A stretch of 64,000 nucleotides of DNA from an uncultured delta proteobacterium (GTDB taxonomy: Bacteria > Myxococcota_A > Polyangia > Polyangiales > Polyangiaceae): the NCBI GenBank assembly GCA_963841435.1, contig CAWJCS010000005.1, positions 1,024,001-1,088,000 of the forward strand. Direction: 5' to 3'. Positions 1 through 9,033 of the stretch are shown here, piece after piece; the stretch's first letter is position 1; each line of letters opens with the position of its first letter. The notes beneath the pieces are model-generated. The model was not told where the DNA came from. It saw only the letters and a list, made by a program, of their open reading frames with translations, and did no database searches. A program made the translations under genes and the position numbers.

Positions 1-70
1 CGTGCATCATGCTTTGATGAGCCGCGGGCGAGCCGCCCTGGTTTCGTTAGTACTTCCGCGCGACTAGAGC

Positions 71-730
71 ATGACGAGCGAACACCCCACCGAAGCGACG
101 ACGAGCGCGCCCGTGCGGCGCGTGATCAAACGCTATTCGAACCGCAAGCTCTACGACACCCGCGCGAGCACCTACGTCACACTCCTCCAGATAGCCGAGA
201 TGATCCGCGCCGGGGAGGACGTAGAGATCATCGACAACGCGACGAAGGAGGACAAGACGGACGTGACGCTCGCGCTCATCATCTCCGAGGAGCTGCGGGC
301 CAAGCCGCGTGCCATCCCTCTCAGCACGCTGAAGGCGCTGATCCGACACGGCGGGGAGCGCATCCTGAGCCAGCTGCGGGGTGGCCCGATCGGTAAGCTC
401 ATCCCGCCGACGGAGGGGGAGACCGAGCAAGGGGCGCAAGCAGAGGAGCGCCCGGCCGCGCCGCCGATTCCGCCCCCACCCGACGAGGAAAACATGCCGC
501 AGAACAACAAGGATACGCGCCCGGGCCTTCGCGCCACGCTGGAGCATTGGCAAGGGGCGATCGACGAGCGGATCCGCGCAACCCTACCGAATTTTTCCGC
601 CTTCCGCGCTCTGGAGCAGGAGGTCCGCCGGCTCGGGGAGCGGCTCGACGCGCTCGAGCGCGCCACGGGCCACGGCGGCGCCCCGGGCGGCGAAAAGCCC
701 CCAGAGAGCCCCGGAACCGAGGGCGGCTAG
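71..730 (+). CDS. PhaR-like polyhydroxyalkanoate synthesis regulator DNA-binding domain protein
   Basis: N-terminal RVIKRYSNRKLYDTRASTYVTL...EDVEIIDNATKEDKT matches the PHB_acc_N/PhaR DNA-binding signature; C-terminal coiled coil (LEQEVRRLGERLDALE). Confidence 0.8.
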   Translation: MTSEHPTEATTSAPVRRVIKRYSNRKLYDTRASTYVTLLQIAEMIRAGEDVEIIDNATKEDKTDVTLALIISEELRAKPRAIPLSTLKALIRHGGERILSQLRGGPIGKLIPPTEGETEQGAQAEERPAAPPIPPPPDEENMPQNNKDTRPGLRATLEHWQGAIDERIRATLPNFSAFRALEQEVRRLGERLDALERATGHGGAPGGEKPPESPGTEGG

Positions 731-774
731 CCCGGGAATACAGGGGCGCTACGCTGGGTTAGCACCATCGAGCC

Positions 775-1449
775 ATGAGACGGAGCACGGTACCGACGGA
801 GTTCGAGCGTGAGGCATTGGCGCACCTGCCGACGCTGCTCGCGGTGGCGTCCCGCCTGACCAAGAATGGCTCCGAGGCCGAGGACCTCGTCCAGGACACG
901 CTGCTGAAGGCGCTCCGGGCGCGCGAGCACTTCGCTCAAGGCAGCAACATGCGCGCCTGGCTCCTGCGCATCCTCACCAACACCTTCATCAATCGCTACC
1001 GGCGCGGCGGGCTCGAGCGCAGCGTGCTCGGCGGGCCCGACGCAGATCCGCTCGCCGACGGGTGGATTGGCTCTTCGACGATGGAAGCGATGCGCGACCC
1101 CGAGTCCCGGGCGCTGCGTTCCTTGCTCGAGAAGGAAATCACCACGGCACTCGACGAGCTGCCCGAGGAGTTCCGGCTCGCCGTCGTGCTCTCCGACGTC
1201 GAGGAGCTCTCGTATCGTGAAATCGCCGACATCATGGGTTGCCCGATCGGCACCGTGATGTCGCGCTTGCATCGTGGTCGCCGCTTGCTCAAGGGCCGGC
1301 TCTACCAGCACGCGCGCGCGCTCGGCATCGTCGGCCCCGAGGAGGCCATCGGCGTCAAGCGGCCCTCGGCCGAGACCGCTCCCGCGAGCGCCGACGGCAA
1401 CAAGTCCGTCGTTTCCATGGAACGCTACCGCCGTGGAAAGGTCGGCTAG
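775..1449 (+). CDS. ECF (sigma-70 group 4) RNA polymerase sigma factor
   Basis: Region 2 AEDLVQDTLLKA...RAWLLRILTNTFIN; region 4 LPEEFRLAVVLSDVEELSYREIADIMGCPIGTVMSRLHRGR. Confidence 0.95.
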   Translation: MRRSTVPTEFEREALAHLPTLLAVASRLTKNGSEAEDLVQDTLLKALRAREHFAQGSNMRAWLLRILTNTFINRYRRGGLERSVLGGPDADPLADGWIGSSTMEAMRDPESRALRSLLEKEITTALDELPEEFRLAVVLSDVEELSYREIADIMGCPIGTVMSRLHRGRRLLKGRLYQHARALGIVGPEEAIGVKRPSAETAPASADGNKSVVSMERYRRGKVG

Positions 1450-1451
1450 CG

Positions 1452-2288
1452 ATGGGTAAGAGTGGCTGTCGTCCCGTGATGGCGGGGCTCGATGCCTACG
1501 CAGACGGAGAGCTCGCACCCGACCAGGTTCTCGAGATCGAGGCACACCTCGCCGATTGCGGCAGCTGCTCCGCTCGGCTCGAGTTCGACCACGCCGTCAG
1601 GAAGAGCCTCCGGCGCTCGACCTACGCCAGCGCCGTGCCGAGTGACGCTTTCCGCGATCGCCTGGTGAATTCGCTCCGCGCCGAGGAGTCGCGCGTGGAA
1701 GCGCTCGAAGCGGCGGAGGCTCGCCCGGGCATGCTGTCGTGGGGCAACATCGTGCCGCTCGCCGCTGCGGCCGCGTTCGCGCTGTTGTGGACGGCAACCA
1801 CCGAGAAGAACCCCGCTCAGTCGACGACGACCAAGCCCGTGGTGGCCGCCGTCAACGAGCCTTTCAACGTCGAGAAGCTCCTCGACGACATCGTCGAGCG
1901 CCATCTCGATCGCTCGGCACCCGCGGTCACCGAGCCGTCGTTGCTCGATCACCTCGAGCCCGAGGTGGGCGTGCCGGTTCACGCGCCGAGCCTCCTTCAA
2001 TACGGCGCTCGCTGGGAAGGCGGTAGCGTCGTGCCGTTGCGCAACGAGCGCGCCGCGTCGCTGCGCTATCGTCTCGACGGGCACAGGATGACGCTCTACG
2101 TCTTCAACGCCGAGCACTTCCCGATGAGCTCGCGTTTCAAGAAGCGCGTCGTGCGGGACGAGCCCGTGTACGTGGCCTGGAAGCGCGGCTTCGCGATCGC
2201 CGCCACCGATCGGCACGGCGTCGGGTACGCGGTCGCGAGCGACCTCGGCGAGGACGAGGGCGCCGAGATCGTCGCGTCGCTGCGCTGA
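1452..2288 (+). CDS. Zinc-binding (zf-HC2/ZAS) transmembrane anti-sigma factor
   Basis: ATG 2 nt after the sigma stop; HxxxCxxC motif (EAHLADCGSC); central TM helix (IVPLAAAAAFALLW); extracytoplasmic C-terminal domain. Confidence 0.9.
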   Translation: MGKSGCRPVMAGLDAYADGELAPDQVLEIEAHLADCGSCSARLEFDHAVRKSLRRSTYASAVPSDAFRDRLVNSLRAEESRVEALEAAEARPGMLSWGNIVPLAAAAAFALLWTATTEKNPAQSTTTKPVVAAVNEPFNVEKLLDDIVERHLDRSAPAVTEPSLLDHLEPEVGVPVHAPSLLQYGARWEGGSVVPLRNERAASLRYRLDGHRMTLYVFNAEHFPMSSRFKKRVVRDEPVYVAWKRGFAIAATDRHGVGYAVASDLGEDEGAEIVASLR

Positions 2289-2311
2289 GACGCGGCACCG
2301 CGCCCGCACCG

Positions 2312-3469
2312 TCAACGCCTGCATTCGGCGCGCAGAGCAAAAAGTAGCCCCACGGGTTGGGCGAGCAGGCACGCGAGCGCGACGGCAAGCCCGAGGCGGT
2401 CCGCGACGAGCCCGACGACGAGTGGCGAAACGAGATCCAGCGCGTTGCCGATGGGACTCAACGCCGCCACGAGCCCCGAGCGATCGCCCGCGGCGCGGTA
2501 GGCCTGTGCTTGAGCGAGCGGATACTGAAACGAGACGAGCACGCCGATCGCGAACAGCCACACCGTCGCGAGCACGAAGGAGCCCGACGCGAGCCAGAAA
2601 ACGTAGGCTGCCACGCTGCCGGCCGAGGAGAGCGCGAGCAGCACCCGTGGCGAACGGGTCGTGAGCAGCCGGCGGAGCAGGACGAGCCCAAGGACGCCCC
2701 CGAGCGTGCACGCGGCGAGCCCCACGGGGACGGCGAGCAGCACGTGAGGAAAGCGCTCCGATAAAAAGAGCGCGGCGAGCGCCGTGAACGTCTCGTCGAG
2801 GAGCGCGCAGAGGGCCGCGGCGAGGACCCAGCGCACGAGCGGCCGATCACCCAGCGCACGCCGCAGGCTCGCCATCTCCTCGCCCCGCTCGGCAAAGGGC
2901 GCTGCGCCGAGCGGCAGCCGGGCGACGAACGCCGCCAGCACAGCGAGCGCGATGCCCACGAGGACCCACGCCGCGCGAAAACTGCCGAACGAGAGCGTGC
3001 TTGCCGCGATCACGAGCGGCGCTGCCAGGTCCCCGAACGTCCCCGCAAGCGCCCAATCCGTCATGCCCTCTTCGCGCTCGTCGGGGCGCGCATCCAAGAG
3101 AGCCGCCTGTGCGAGCCCGCACGCGAGCCCGCTCGCCGGCGAGAACAGGGCGAACGCGAGCGCGAACACCCACAAGGACGGCGCGAGGCCTGCCGCGAGC
3201 ACGGACACTGCCATGCCGAGCAGGCCGAGCGCGATCATCGGGGCGCGGCCGTAGCGCGATGCCCGGGCGAGCAGCGGTCCATCGACGAGCAGCGCCAAGA
3301 GCTGCGGCGCCGTGAAAGCGGCCAGCGAAAGACCCGCCACACCGGTCGAGAATTCCTCGGTGAGGGCCGGCGCCCCGGCGGACGGCAGCCCCGACGCGAG
3401 CTCGTCGAAAAAATCGATGCTCGCGAGAACGAGGGCCAGCCGAGAGGCCCGAACCGCGAGACGAACCAG
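2312..3469 (-). CDS. MFS transporter (start uncertain)
   Basis: About 12 hydrophobic segments; frame is open upstream of the tracked GTG (3340) to 3481 and encodes LALVLASIDFFDELASGLP; only CTG (3469) is available as a start there. Confidence 0.75.
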   Translation of the reverse strand: MVRLAVRASRLALVLASIDFFDELASGLPSAGAPALTEEFSTGVAGLSLAAFTAPQLLALLVDGPLLARASRYGRAPMIALGLLGMAVSVLAAGLAPSLWVFALAFALFSPASGLACGLAQAALLDARPDEREEGMTDWALAGTFGDLAAPLVIAASTLSFGSFRAAWVLVGIALAVLAAFVARLPLGAAPFAERGEEMASLRRALGDRPLVRWVLAAALCALLDETFTALAALFLSERFPHVLLAVPVGLAACTLGGVLGLVLLRRLLTTRSPRVLLALSSAGSVAAYVFWLASGSFVLATVWLFAIGVLVSFQYPLAQAQAYRAAGDRSGLVAALSPIGNALDLVSPLVVGLVADRLGLAVALACLLAQPVGLLFALRAECRR

Positions 3470-3564
3470 GGAGCGGAGGCGTCAGATGCGTTCGGTGAAG
3501 TCGCGCGACATCACTGGATGACCTGGGGCCGGCCGCCGCCGCCGTCAAGGGTGGCGCGCCGTCG

Positions 3565-4533
3565 TCAGCGCGTGCAGCTCACCGAGACGACGGGCACCGT
3601 CAGCGTGTCGTTCGAGGCGTCGCAGTCCCCGGGCTCGAGCGTCGCCGCGACACCGTCGAGCGCGACGAGCGTCAACGGTGGCGATGCTTCGCCGGGGTCG
3701 AGGGGCGGCACCGCGACGGCATCCGCGGCGCCGTCGTCAACGACGATCGACAGCATCGCGCTCCCACTCGGCTCCGAGCCGTCGTTCACCACCCGCAGCA
3801 CGACTTGACCCTGCTGCTGGTGGCACGGCGCGCAAACCATCGCTCCCACGAGCGCGAGGTCCGTGCCCGAGCAGTGCCCCGTGCTCACGACGGCGTTCGC
3901 GACGGCGGCTGCCTCGACCGTGCACATCGTGGGGTCGTCGTACCCGTCGCAATCCGTATCGATGCCGTCCGCGAAGCTCTCCCACGCGTCAGGATGGCGC
4001 GCCGGGTCGCCGTCGTCGCAGTCGAGACCCGAGAAGCCGATGACCTGGTAGCCTTCCGGCGCCGTAGCGGCGCAGACGCGAGGGCCCGTCGCATCGACGT
4101 AGCCGTCGCCGTCGCGATCCGGCGCGAAGCTCAGCCACGCGTTGGGGTCCTCGTCGTTGCAGTCGTACCCCAGGGAAGAGAGCGTGAAACCGGGGGGGAC
4201 CTCGAAGCCGACGCAGCGCATCCCCTCGGCGCTCCGGTAGTGGTCACCGTCCGCGTCCTCGTAGGCGACGCGGAAGACCTCGGGATCCGCGTCGTCGCAG
4301 TCGCCGCTGGATCCGACCTTGTACCCCGGTGGCACGGCGCACTCGGGGACGCTGATGGCGTCGGTCGAGCGCGTGAACCCGTCGCCATCGTCGTCGGGAT
4401 ACACGACGACGCGCCGAGCGTCGTCGGCGCATGTGGGCGCCGGGGTCGATGGCTCGCCACCGCAGGCGGCGAGCACCGGTAGCACCGAAAGGCTCGTGAC
4501 CGCTCGGCGGCGGACCACGGCCCGCACGCTCAA
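3565..4533 (-). CDS. Lipoprotein with repeated DxDGDGY / DCDDxDP (MopE-related putative metal-binding) motifs
   Basis: Lipobox VLAAC; repeats YPDDDGDGF..DCDDADP, YEDADGDHY..DCNDEDP, PDRDGDGY..DCDDGDP, DTDCDG; TTG start overlaps the upstream stop. Confidence 0.75.
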   Translation of the reverse strand: MSVRAVVRRRAVTSLSVLPVLAACGGEPSTPAPTCADDARRVVVYPDDDGDGFTRSTDAISVPECAVPPGYKVGSSGDCDDADPEVFRVAYEDADGDHYRSAEGMRCVGFEVPPGFTLSSLGYDCNDEDPNAWLSFAPDRDGDGYVDATGPRVCAATAPEGYQVIGFSGLDCDDGDPARHPDAWESFADGIDTDCDGYDDPTMCTVEAAAVANAVVSTGHCSGTDLALVGAMVCAPCHQQQGQVVLRVVNDGSEPSGSAMLSIVVDDGAADAVAVPPLDPGEASPPLTLVALDGVAATLEPGDCDASNDTLTVPVVSVSCTR

Positions 4534-6542
4534 AGCGACTCGAGATACGCGACGAGGTCCGCGATCTCCGGGTCGCCGAGCTCGGCGACGCGCCCGTGCA
4601 GCTCGCCGCCGCCGCAGGCGGGATCGAAGCGATCGAAGAGCGTCTTCGCGCAGCCGTCGTGCATGAAGGGGGCGCGGTACGCGACGCCGAGCAGCGCGGG
4701 GACCTGGAGCGAGCGTCCCTTGCCGACGTCGGCATTGTGGTTGTTCGAGAGCACGGGGCCCGAGTGGCAGCTCGTGCACGCCGCCGACTCGAAGAGCGCC
4801 TGTCCGCGCACGACGGCCGGATCATCGGCCGAGCGCATGGGCCGCGGCGGCCGGAGCGCGAACAGCCAGTCGCGCAACGCCGCGAGGCGCGGGGGGCTCT
4901 GGTTGACGCCGCCCATGCGGCCCACGAACACCCGGCTCATGACGGAGTTGACGCTCGGGAGATCGCCTTCCCAATGGAACGGCGCGGTTTGCGCGAGACC
5001 GCTCTCGAGCGATTGCGTTCGCCGGGCGCCGGAGTCCGAAAAGGTCCAGACGTTGCCGTCTTCGGCCCCCTCGGGATGGCAGCTGGCGCAGGCGATGCCG
5101 CCGCCGGAATCGCTGTGGAAGAGCTGGAAGCCGGTGTCCAGCGTGGCGCCGTCGTCGAACGACACGGTGCGCTGACTCCCTTGGAAATAGTCGTCGATGA
5201 CGACGATGGTCGAAGGCTGCCGCGTCTGGAGCACGAGGCTCCGGGAGCCCGGGCCACGCGCCACGGCGACCGTGAAAGCTTGCTGCTGGAGCATGATCGA
5301 CCGGGGCGACTGGCAACCCGGATCGGGACGGACCTCACCCTCGATGGTGGGTGCGCCCCCGATCGGAAGGCTGACGATGCTCACGCCGGTCGGGGTGACG
5401 CCCGGCGCCGCCCCGGGGGTGGCGACCGGCGCGTCCCCCTCGGATGGATTGCCGACGAACATCACGAACGGGCGGGGCGCGGTCTCGTCCGTGAGCCCGG
5501 CGTGCGCGATGGCGACCGAGCCGTCGCCGAGCAGCGCGGCGTTGACGGGCAGCGGGGGGCCGTTGAACGTCACGTCGAGCGTCTTGCCGTCGAGACCGAG
5601 GACCGTCACGCCGTCTTGCGAGACGCCCGTGCAACCGAATTGGCCACCGCCGTAGCTGCTCCCTCCCATCGATGGGGGCACGACGTTGATGACCTCGTCG
5701 ATGGCACGCTGGTGCACCATGACAACGTCGCCGTTCGGCGCGGAGAGCGTCCGCCACGCCACGACCGGGTGAAACGACGCCGGCGCCTGTTGGCCCTCGC
5801 TGTTCAATTCGTTGGGATTGGTCGTGGGCAGGAGGTGCTGGCCCATGACGGCCGAGGGGTGATCGCGCCGTACGACGGCACCTTGCGCGTCGAGACGCAG
5901 AAGCTCGGCGGTCTTGAAGCGGCTGACGGCGAGGGTGCCGCCGCTCACCACGATGTCACGCAGGTCGGGCTCGAGCTGGAGCACGGCCGTCGCCGCGCCA
6001 CCTGCGGCCGGCAGGAAAACGACCTTGCCGTCGGCGCACGCCACCGCGAGGCTCCCGGGCGCGACGAGCGTGATGCCGCGCGGCGCAGCGCACACCGCGC
6101 GTCGATCCGTGACCCGGTGCTCGACCGGGTCGAGGGTGGCCACGACGCCCGCCGCGCGCAGCGCGACGTGAATACGCCCGGCATCGTCCTCGACGAGTCG
6201 CCCTGGCTCGTCGCCGTGCTCGAGCGGCACGACGGCGACGACGTGAGCGTTGACGCCGATGTTGACGAACACCACGCTGTCGCGCTCCGGATCGGAGGCC
6301 ACAGCAGTCGTGCCCTGGGCAGCGACGATCATCGTGCCACCCGTGATCGGCGGAGGCTTCACGGGCGCAGACAGCGCCGGACGAACGTCCGTCGGTATCA
6401 CGAGGCGGAATTGCGAGTTGGATTCGGGAATGTTCGAATCGAGGCTATTGCAGCCCACGCTCGATAGGAGCGCGGTGGCCGCCACCCAGGCGACTCCCAC
6501 CCCACCACTGGTCTTCTCTGCGCGAAAACGGATGCTATTCAT
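4530..6542 (-). CDS. Lipoprotein with beta-propeller and C-terminal di-heme cytochrome c peroxidase/MauG-like domain
   Basis: Lipobox SSVGC; YncE-like repeats; two heme motifs CASCH and CTSCH; PALLGVAYRAPFMHDG and DLVAYLESL typical of the bCcP/MauG superfamily. Confidence 0.8.
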   Translation of the reverse strand: MNSIRFRAEKTSGGVGVAWVAATALLSSVGCNSLDSNIPESNSQFRLVIPTDVRPALSAPVKPPPITGGTMIVAAQGTTAVASDPERDSVVFVNIGVNAHVVAVVPLEHGDEPGRLVEDDAGRIHVALRAAGVVATLDPVEHRVTDRRAVCAAPRGITLVAPGSLAVACADGKVVFLPAAGGAATAVLQLEPDLRDIVVSGGTLAVSRFKTAELLRLDAQGAVVRRDHPSAVMGQHLLPTTNPNELNSEGQQAPASFHPVVAWRTLSAPNGDVVMVHQRAIDEVINVVPPSMGGSSYGGGQFGCTGVSQDGVTVLGLDGKTLDVTFNGPPLPVNAALLGDGSVAIAHAGLTDETAPRPFVMFVGNPSEGDAPVATPGAAPGVTPTGVSIVSLPIGGAPTIEGEVRPDPGCQSPRSIMLQQQAFTVAVARGPGSRSLVLQTRQPSTIVVIDDYFQGSQRTVSFDDGATLDTGFQLFHSDSGGGIACASCHPEGAEDGNVWTFSDSGARRTQSLESGLAQTAPFHWEGDLPSVNSVMSRVFVGRMGGVNQSPPRLAALRDWLFALRPPRPMRSADDPAVVRGQALFESAACTSCHSGPVLSNNHNADVGKGRSLQVPALLGVAYRAPFMHDGCAKTLFDRFDPACGGGELHGRVAELGDPEIADLVAYLESL

Positions 6543-6661
6543 GGCGTAACCCACCTTCCACTCACCGAGTTTCATTCTACCCGACCCGCCGCGGCACTGC
6601 ACCCCTCGGGGACCCCTCGCTCGCGCCCCGGCCCCGGGGGAAAGGCGTTTTTGCTTGTAAG

Positions 6662-8263
6662 GTGCCGCTCCTCCACGGGAAAGTGAGGGCGGTGGTCACG
6701 CGCAGGGAAACGATTCGTCCGCGCTCGACCGCGGCGCGGGCAGCGCTCGGCGGCGTCCTCGCGCTCGCGGTCGTGTCGCCCGCCGCGGCACAACCGGCCG
6801 CGACTCACCCCTCCGGAGCAGCAACGCCGCCACCCCCCGCCTCCACCGCCACGACACCGGTCAAGCCGGCGGCACCCCCGGCGCGAGGCAGAGCTCCTTC
6901 GCCGGGGACCGCCGCGCCGGCACCATCGTTCGACGCCTGGCTGCCCGCACAACGCGACACGCTCGGTCGCGCGTGCAATCGCCGCACGCTCGTCGAAGGC
7001 ACGCGCATCGTCGTCGCCTGCGGCGCGGCGGGCGTGTGGATCGTCGAGCCGCAACCCGACGGCGGCTTCGCGCTGCTCGACACGCAGGACCTCGGTGGCG
7101 ACGTCATCGGGCTCTTCGAGCGAGACGGCATGGTCTGGGCGGAGATCGCGCGCCTCGAAGCACGCCCCGTGCGCATCGACGCCGTCAGCACGCGCGCTTT
7201 CCCCACGGAGCCCTCGACACCTCCGACCAGCGTAGAGCGCCCGGTTCCGAGCCGCCCCGTCGCCCCGCCGCCGCTCGCCGTTGTCCCGCGTCCGGTGCGC
7301 ACGCCCGAAGGCAAGGTGACCGAAGCCTCGCTCGGCGAGGTCGTGATCGACCTCGGCTCCAACCAGGGCCTCAAACACGGCGATCGCATCGAGCTGTCGG
7401 AGACGACGTCGGAGGACGTCGGGGGCGAGCTCGCGTCGCGGCGCAGCGTCACGGCCGTCGGCGTGGTGACGGCCGTCGCCCCGGGTTTCGCCCGCGTCCA
7501 GCTCGGCATGAACGAGCGAGCGCCGGTGGGGGCCACGGCGCGCTTCGTGACGCGCGACCGCACCCAGAGTCGCGTTTCGCCGCCGCGCCTGTCTTCGCTC
7601 TGGGAGGTCGCGTTCAGGGTGAGGCCGTTCGTGACACTCGACGGTCTGGGCGGCGGTGCGCTCACGCAGGCGAGCGTCGGGTATCGCTTCGACGCCCCCG
7701 TCCACGTCGCCGCGGAGGCGTACCCCTTCGGCTACGCCAACGGGAAGGGCACGCCCGCGGTCGTCCCGGTCGCGACGTTCGTGAGCGCGAGCTACGATCA
7801 CGAGGTGTTCGAGATCGGGCTCGGGCTCGGCCTCGAGACGGTGAACGACACGACCTTCCAGGTGGACGCCGGCACGGGCACGCTCATCGCGCAACGCCTG
7901 CGCCTGGGAGCGCGCGACGGGCTGAACCTCGACCTGCGAAATGACGTCGTGCTGTTCCATTCGAGCTTCGAGTTCTCGGGGTTGGTGGGCTCGGCGCTCA
8001 TCCCCGTGGGTTCGAGCTCGTGGCTCGCCTTCGAGGGCGGCGGCGGGACGGCCGGCTACGGTTACGGGGAGGTCGGCGTGCGCTCCCTGTTGCGCGGCAA
8101 CGGCGACCGCGGTTCCGTGTACTTCACGGTCAGCGTCGGCGGCGTCACGATGTTCGAAGATCGAACCAGGACCTGCGGCGGCCCCGGCTTCACGTTCGAG
8201 TGCGGCGATACCGTCACCTACGGCGGTCCGATGCTCGGCGCCGGCGGCGAGTGGCGGCTCTAG
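6662..8263 (+). CDS. Secreted/outer-membrane hypothetical protein
   Basis: Signal peptide (ALAVVSPAAAQ), Pro-rich linkers, VVIDLGSNQGLKHGDRIEL segment, amphipathic beta-strands ending GAGGEWRL. Confidence 0.6.
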   Translation: MPLLHGKVRAVVTRRETIRPRSTAARAALGGVLALAVVSPAAAQPAATHPSGAATPPPPASTATTPVKPAAPPARGRAPSPGTAAPAPSFDAWLPAQRDTLGRACNRRTLVEGTRIVVACGAAGVWIVEPQPDGGFALLDTQDLGGDVIGLFERDGMVWAEIARLEARPVRIDAVSTRAFPTEPSTPPTSVERPVPSRPVAPPPLAVVPRPVRTPEGKVTEASLGEVVIDLGSNQGLKHGDRIELSETTSEDVGGELASRRSVTAVGVVTAVAPGFARVQLGMNERAPVGATARFVTRDRTQSRVSPPRLSSLWEVAFRVRPFVTLDGLGGGALTQASVGYRFDAPVHVAAEAYPFGYANGKGTPAVVPVATFVSASYDHEVFEIGLGLGLETVNDTTFQVDAGTGTLIAQRLRLGARDGLNLDLRNDVVLFHSSFEFSGLVGSALIPVGSSSWLAFEGGGGTAGYGYGEVGVRSLLRGNGDRGSVYFTVSVGGVTMFEDRTRTCGGPGFTFECGDTVTYGGPMLGAGGEWRL

Positions 8264-8324
8264 CCTAGGTGGAACGGCGAGCCTCGAGCTCGTTTCGGCG
8301 AGAGACCGCGGTCGCCTCGATCCA

Positions 8325-8969
8325 TCAAACCGCGTTCCGCCGCAAGGATTCGGCATCCGCATGCGGTGCCGTCCCGGCACCGAGCATCCCGTCGAGCGCG
8401 GCCCGCACGCCGGGCCACTCTTCGCGCACGATCGAGAAGAAGACGCTGTCTCTGAGCGTGCCGTCGGCGCGCCGCATGTGAGAGCGTAGCGTTCCCTCCT
8501 CGGTGGCTCCGATGCGGGCGAGCGCCGCCCGCGACGTCAGGTTGAGCTCGTCGGTCTTGAACTCGACCCGCGCACAACCGAGGGTCTCGAAGCAGTGCGC
8601 GAGCATGAGGCGCTTGGCTTCCGTGTTGACGCGTGTTCGCTGCCAGCCGGGCACGATCCACGTGGCGCCGATTTCGACGCTCGGCACGGCTGCGTCGACC
8701 AAAAAGACGCTGCTGCTGCCGACGAGCTCGCCTCCGGCGCGCCGACGCGTCACGAAGGAGCAAGCCGCCCCGCGCGCAGCAAGGCCGAGCAGGCGTGAAA
8801 CGAGGCGCTCGACGTGCTCGGGGCGCTCGACGGGGTACGGGATGTGTCGCCAGATGTCGGGGTGGGCGAGCGCGACACGCGTGAGCTCCGCGAGCGGCGC
8901 GTCGCCGAGCGGCGAGAGCGTGAGGCTTTCGCCGAGGAGGGTCGTGGGAGTGAGCTCGAGCGGCTGCAT
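8325..8969 (-). CDS. GNAT N-acetyltransferase (RimJ/RimL family)
   Basis: EIGATWIVPGWQRTRVNTEAKRLMLAHCFE...RVEFKTDELNLTSRAALARIGATEEGTLRSH...RDSVFFSI. Confidence 0.9.
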   Translation of the reverse strand: MQPLELTPTTLLGESLTLSPLGDAPLAELTRVALAHPDIWRHIPYPVERPEHVERLVSRLLGLAARGAACSFVTRRRAGGELVGSSSVFLVDAAVPSVEIGATWIVPGWQRTRVNTEAKRLMLAHCFETLGCARVEFKTDELNLTSRAALARIGATEEGTLRSHMRRADGTLRDSVFFSIVREEWPGVRAALDGMLGAGTAPHADAESLRRNAV

Positions 8970-8989
8970 GGGCCTTTCGTACCGTCTTT

Positions 8990-9032
8990 TGGTCCTGTAA
9001 AATGGTCCAGAACTCAATTTTTCATTGGACCA
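8990..9032. promoter_or_regulatory. Putative MocR-family operator in the divergent promoter
   Basis: TGGTCC at 8990-8995 and 9003-9008 (direct repeat) plus inverted GGACCA at 9027-9032 in an AT-rich spacer between the GNAT and MocR genes. Confidence 0.6.
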
Positions 9033-9033
9033 G

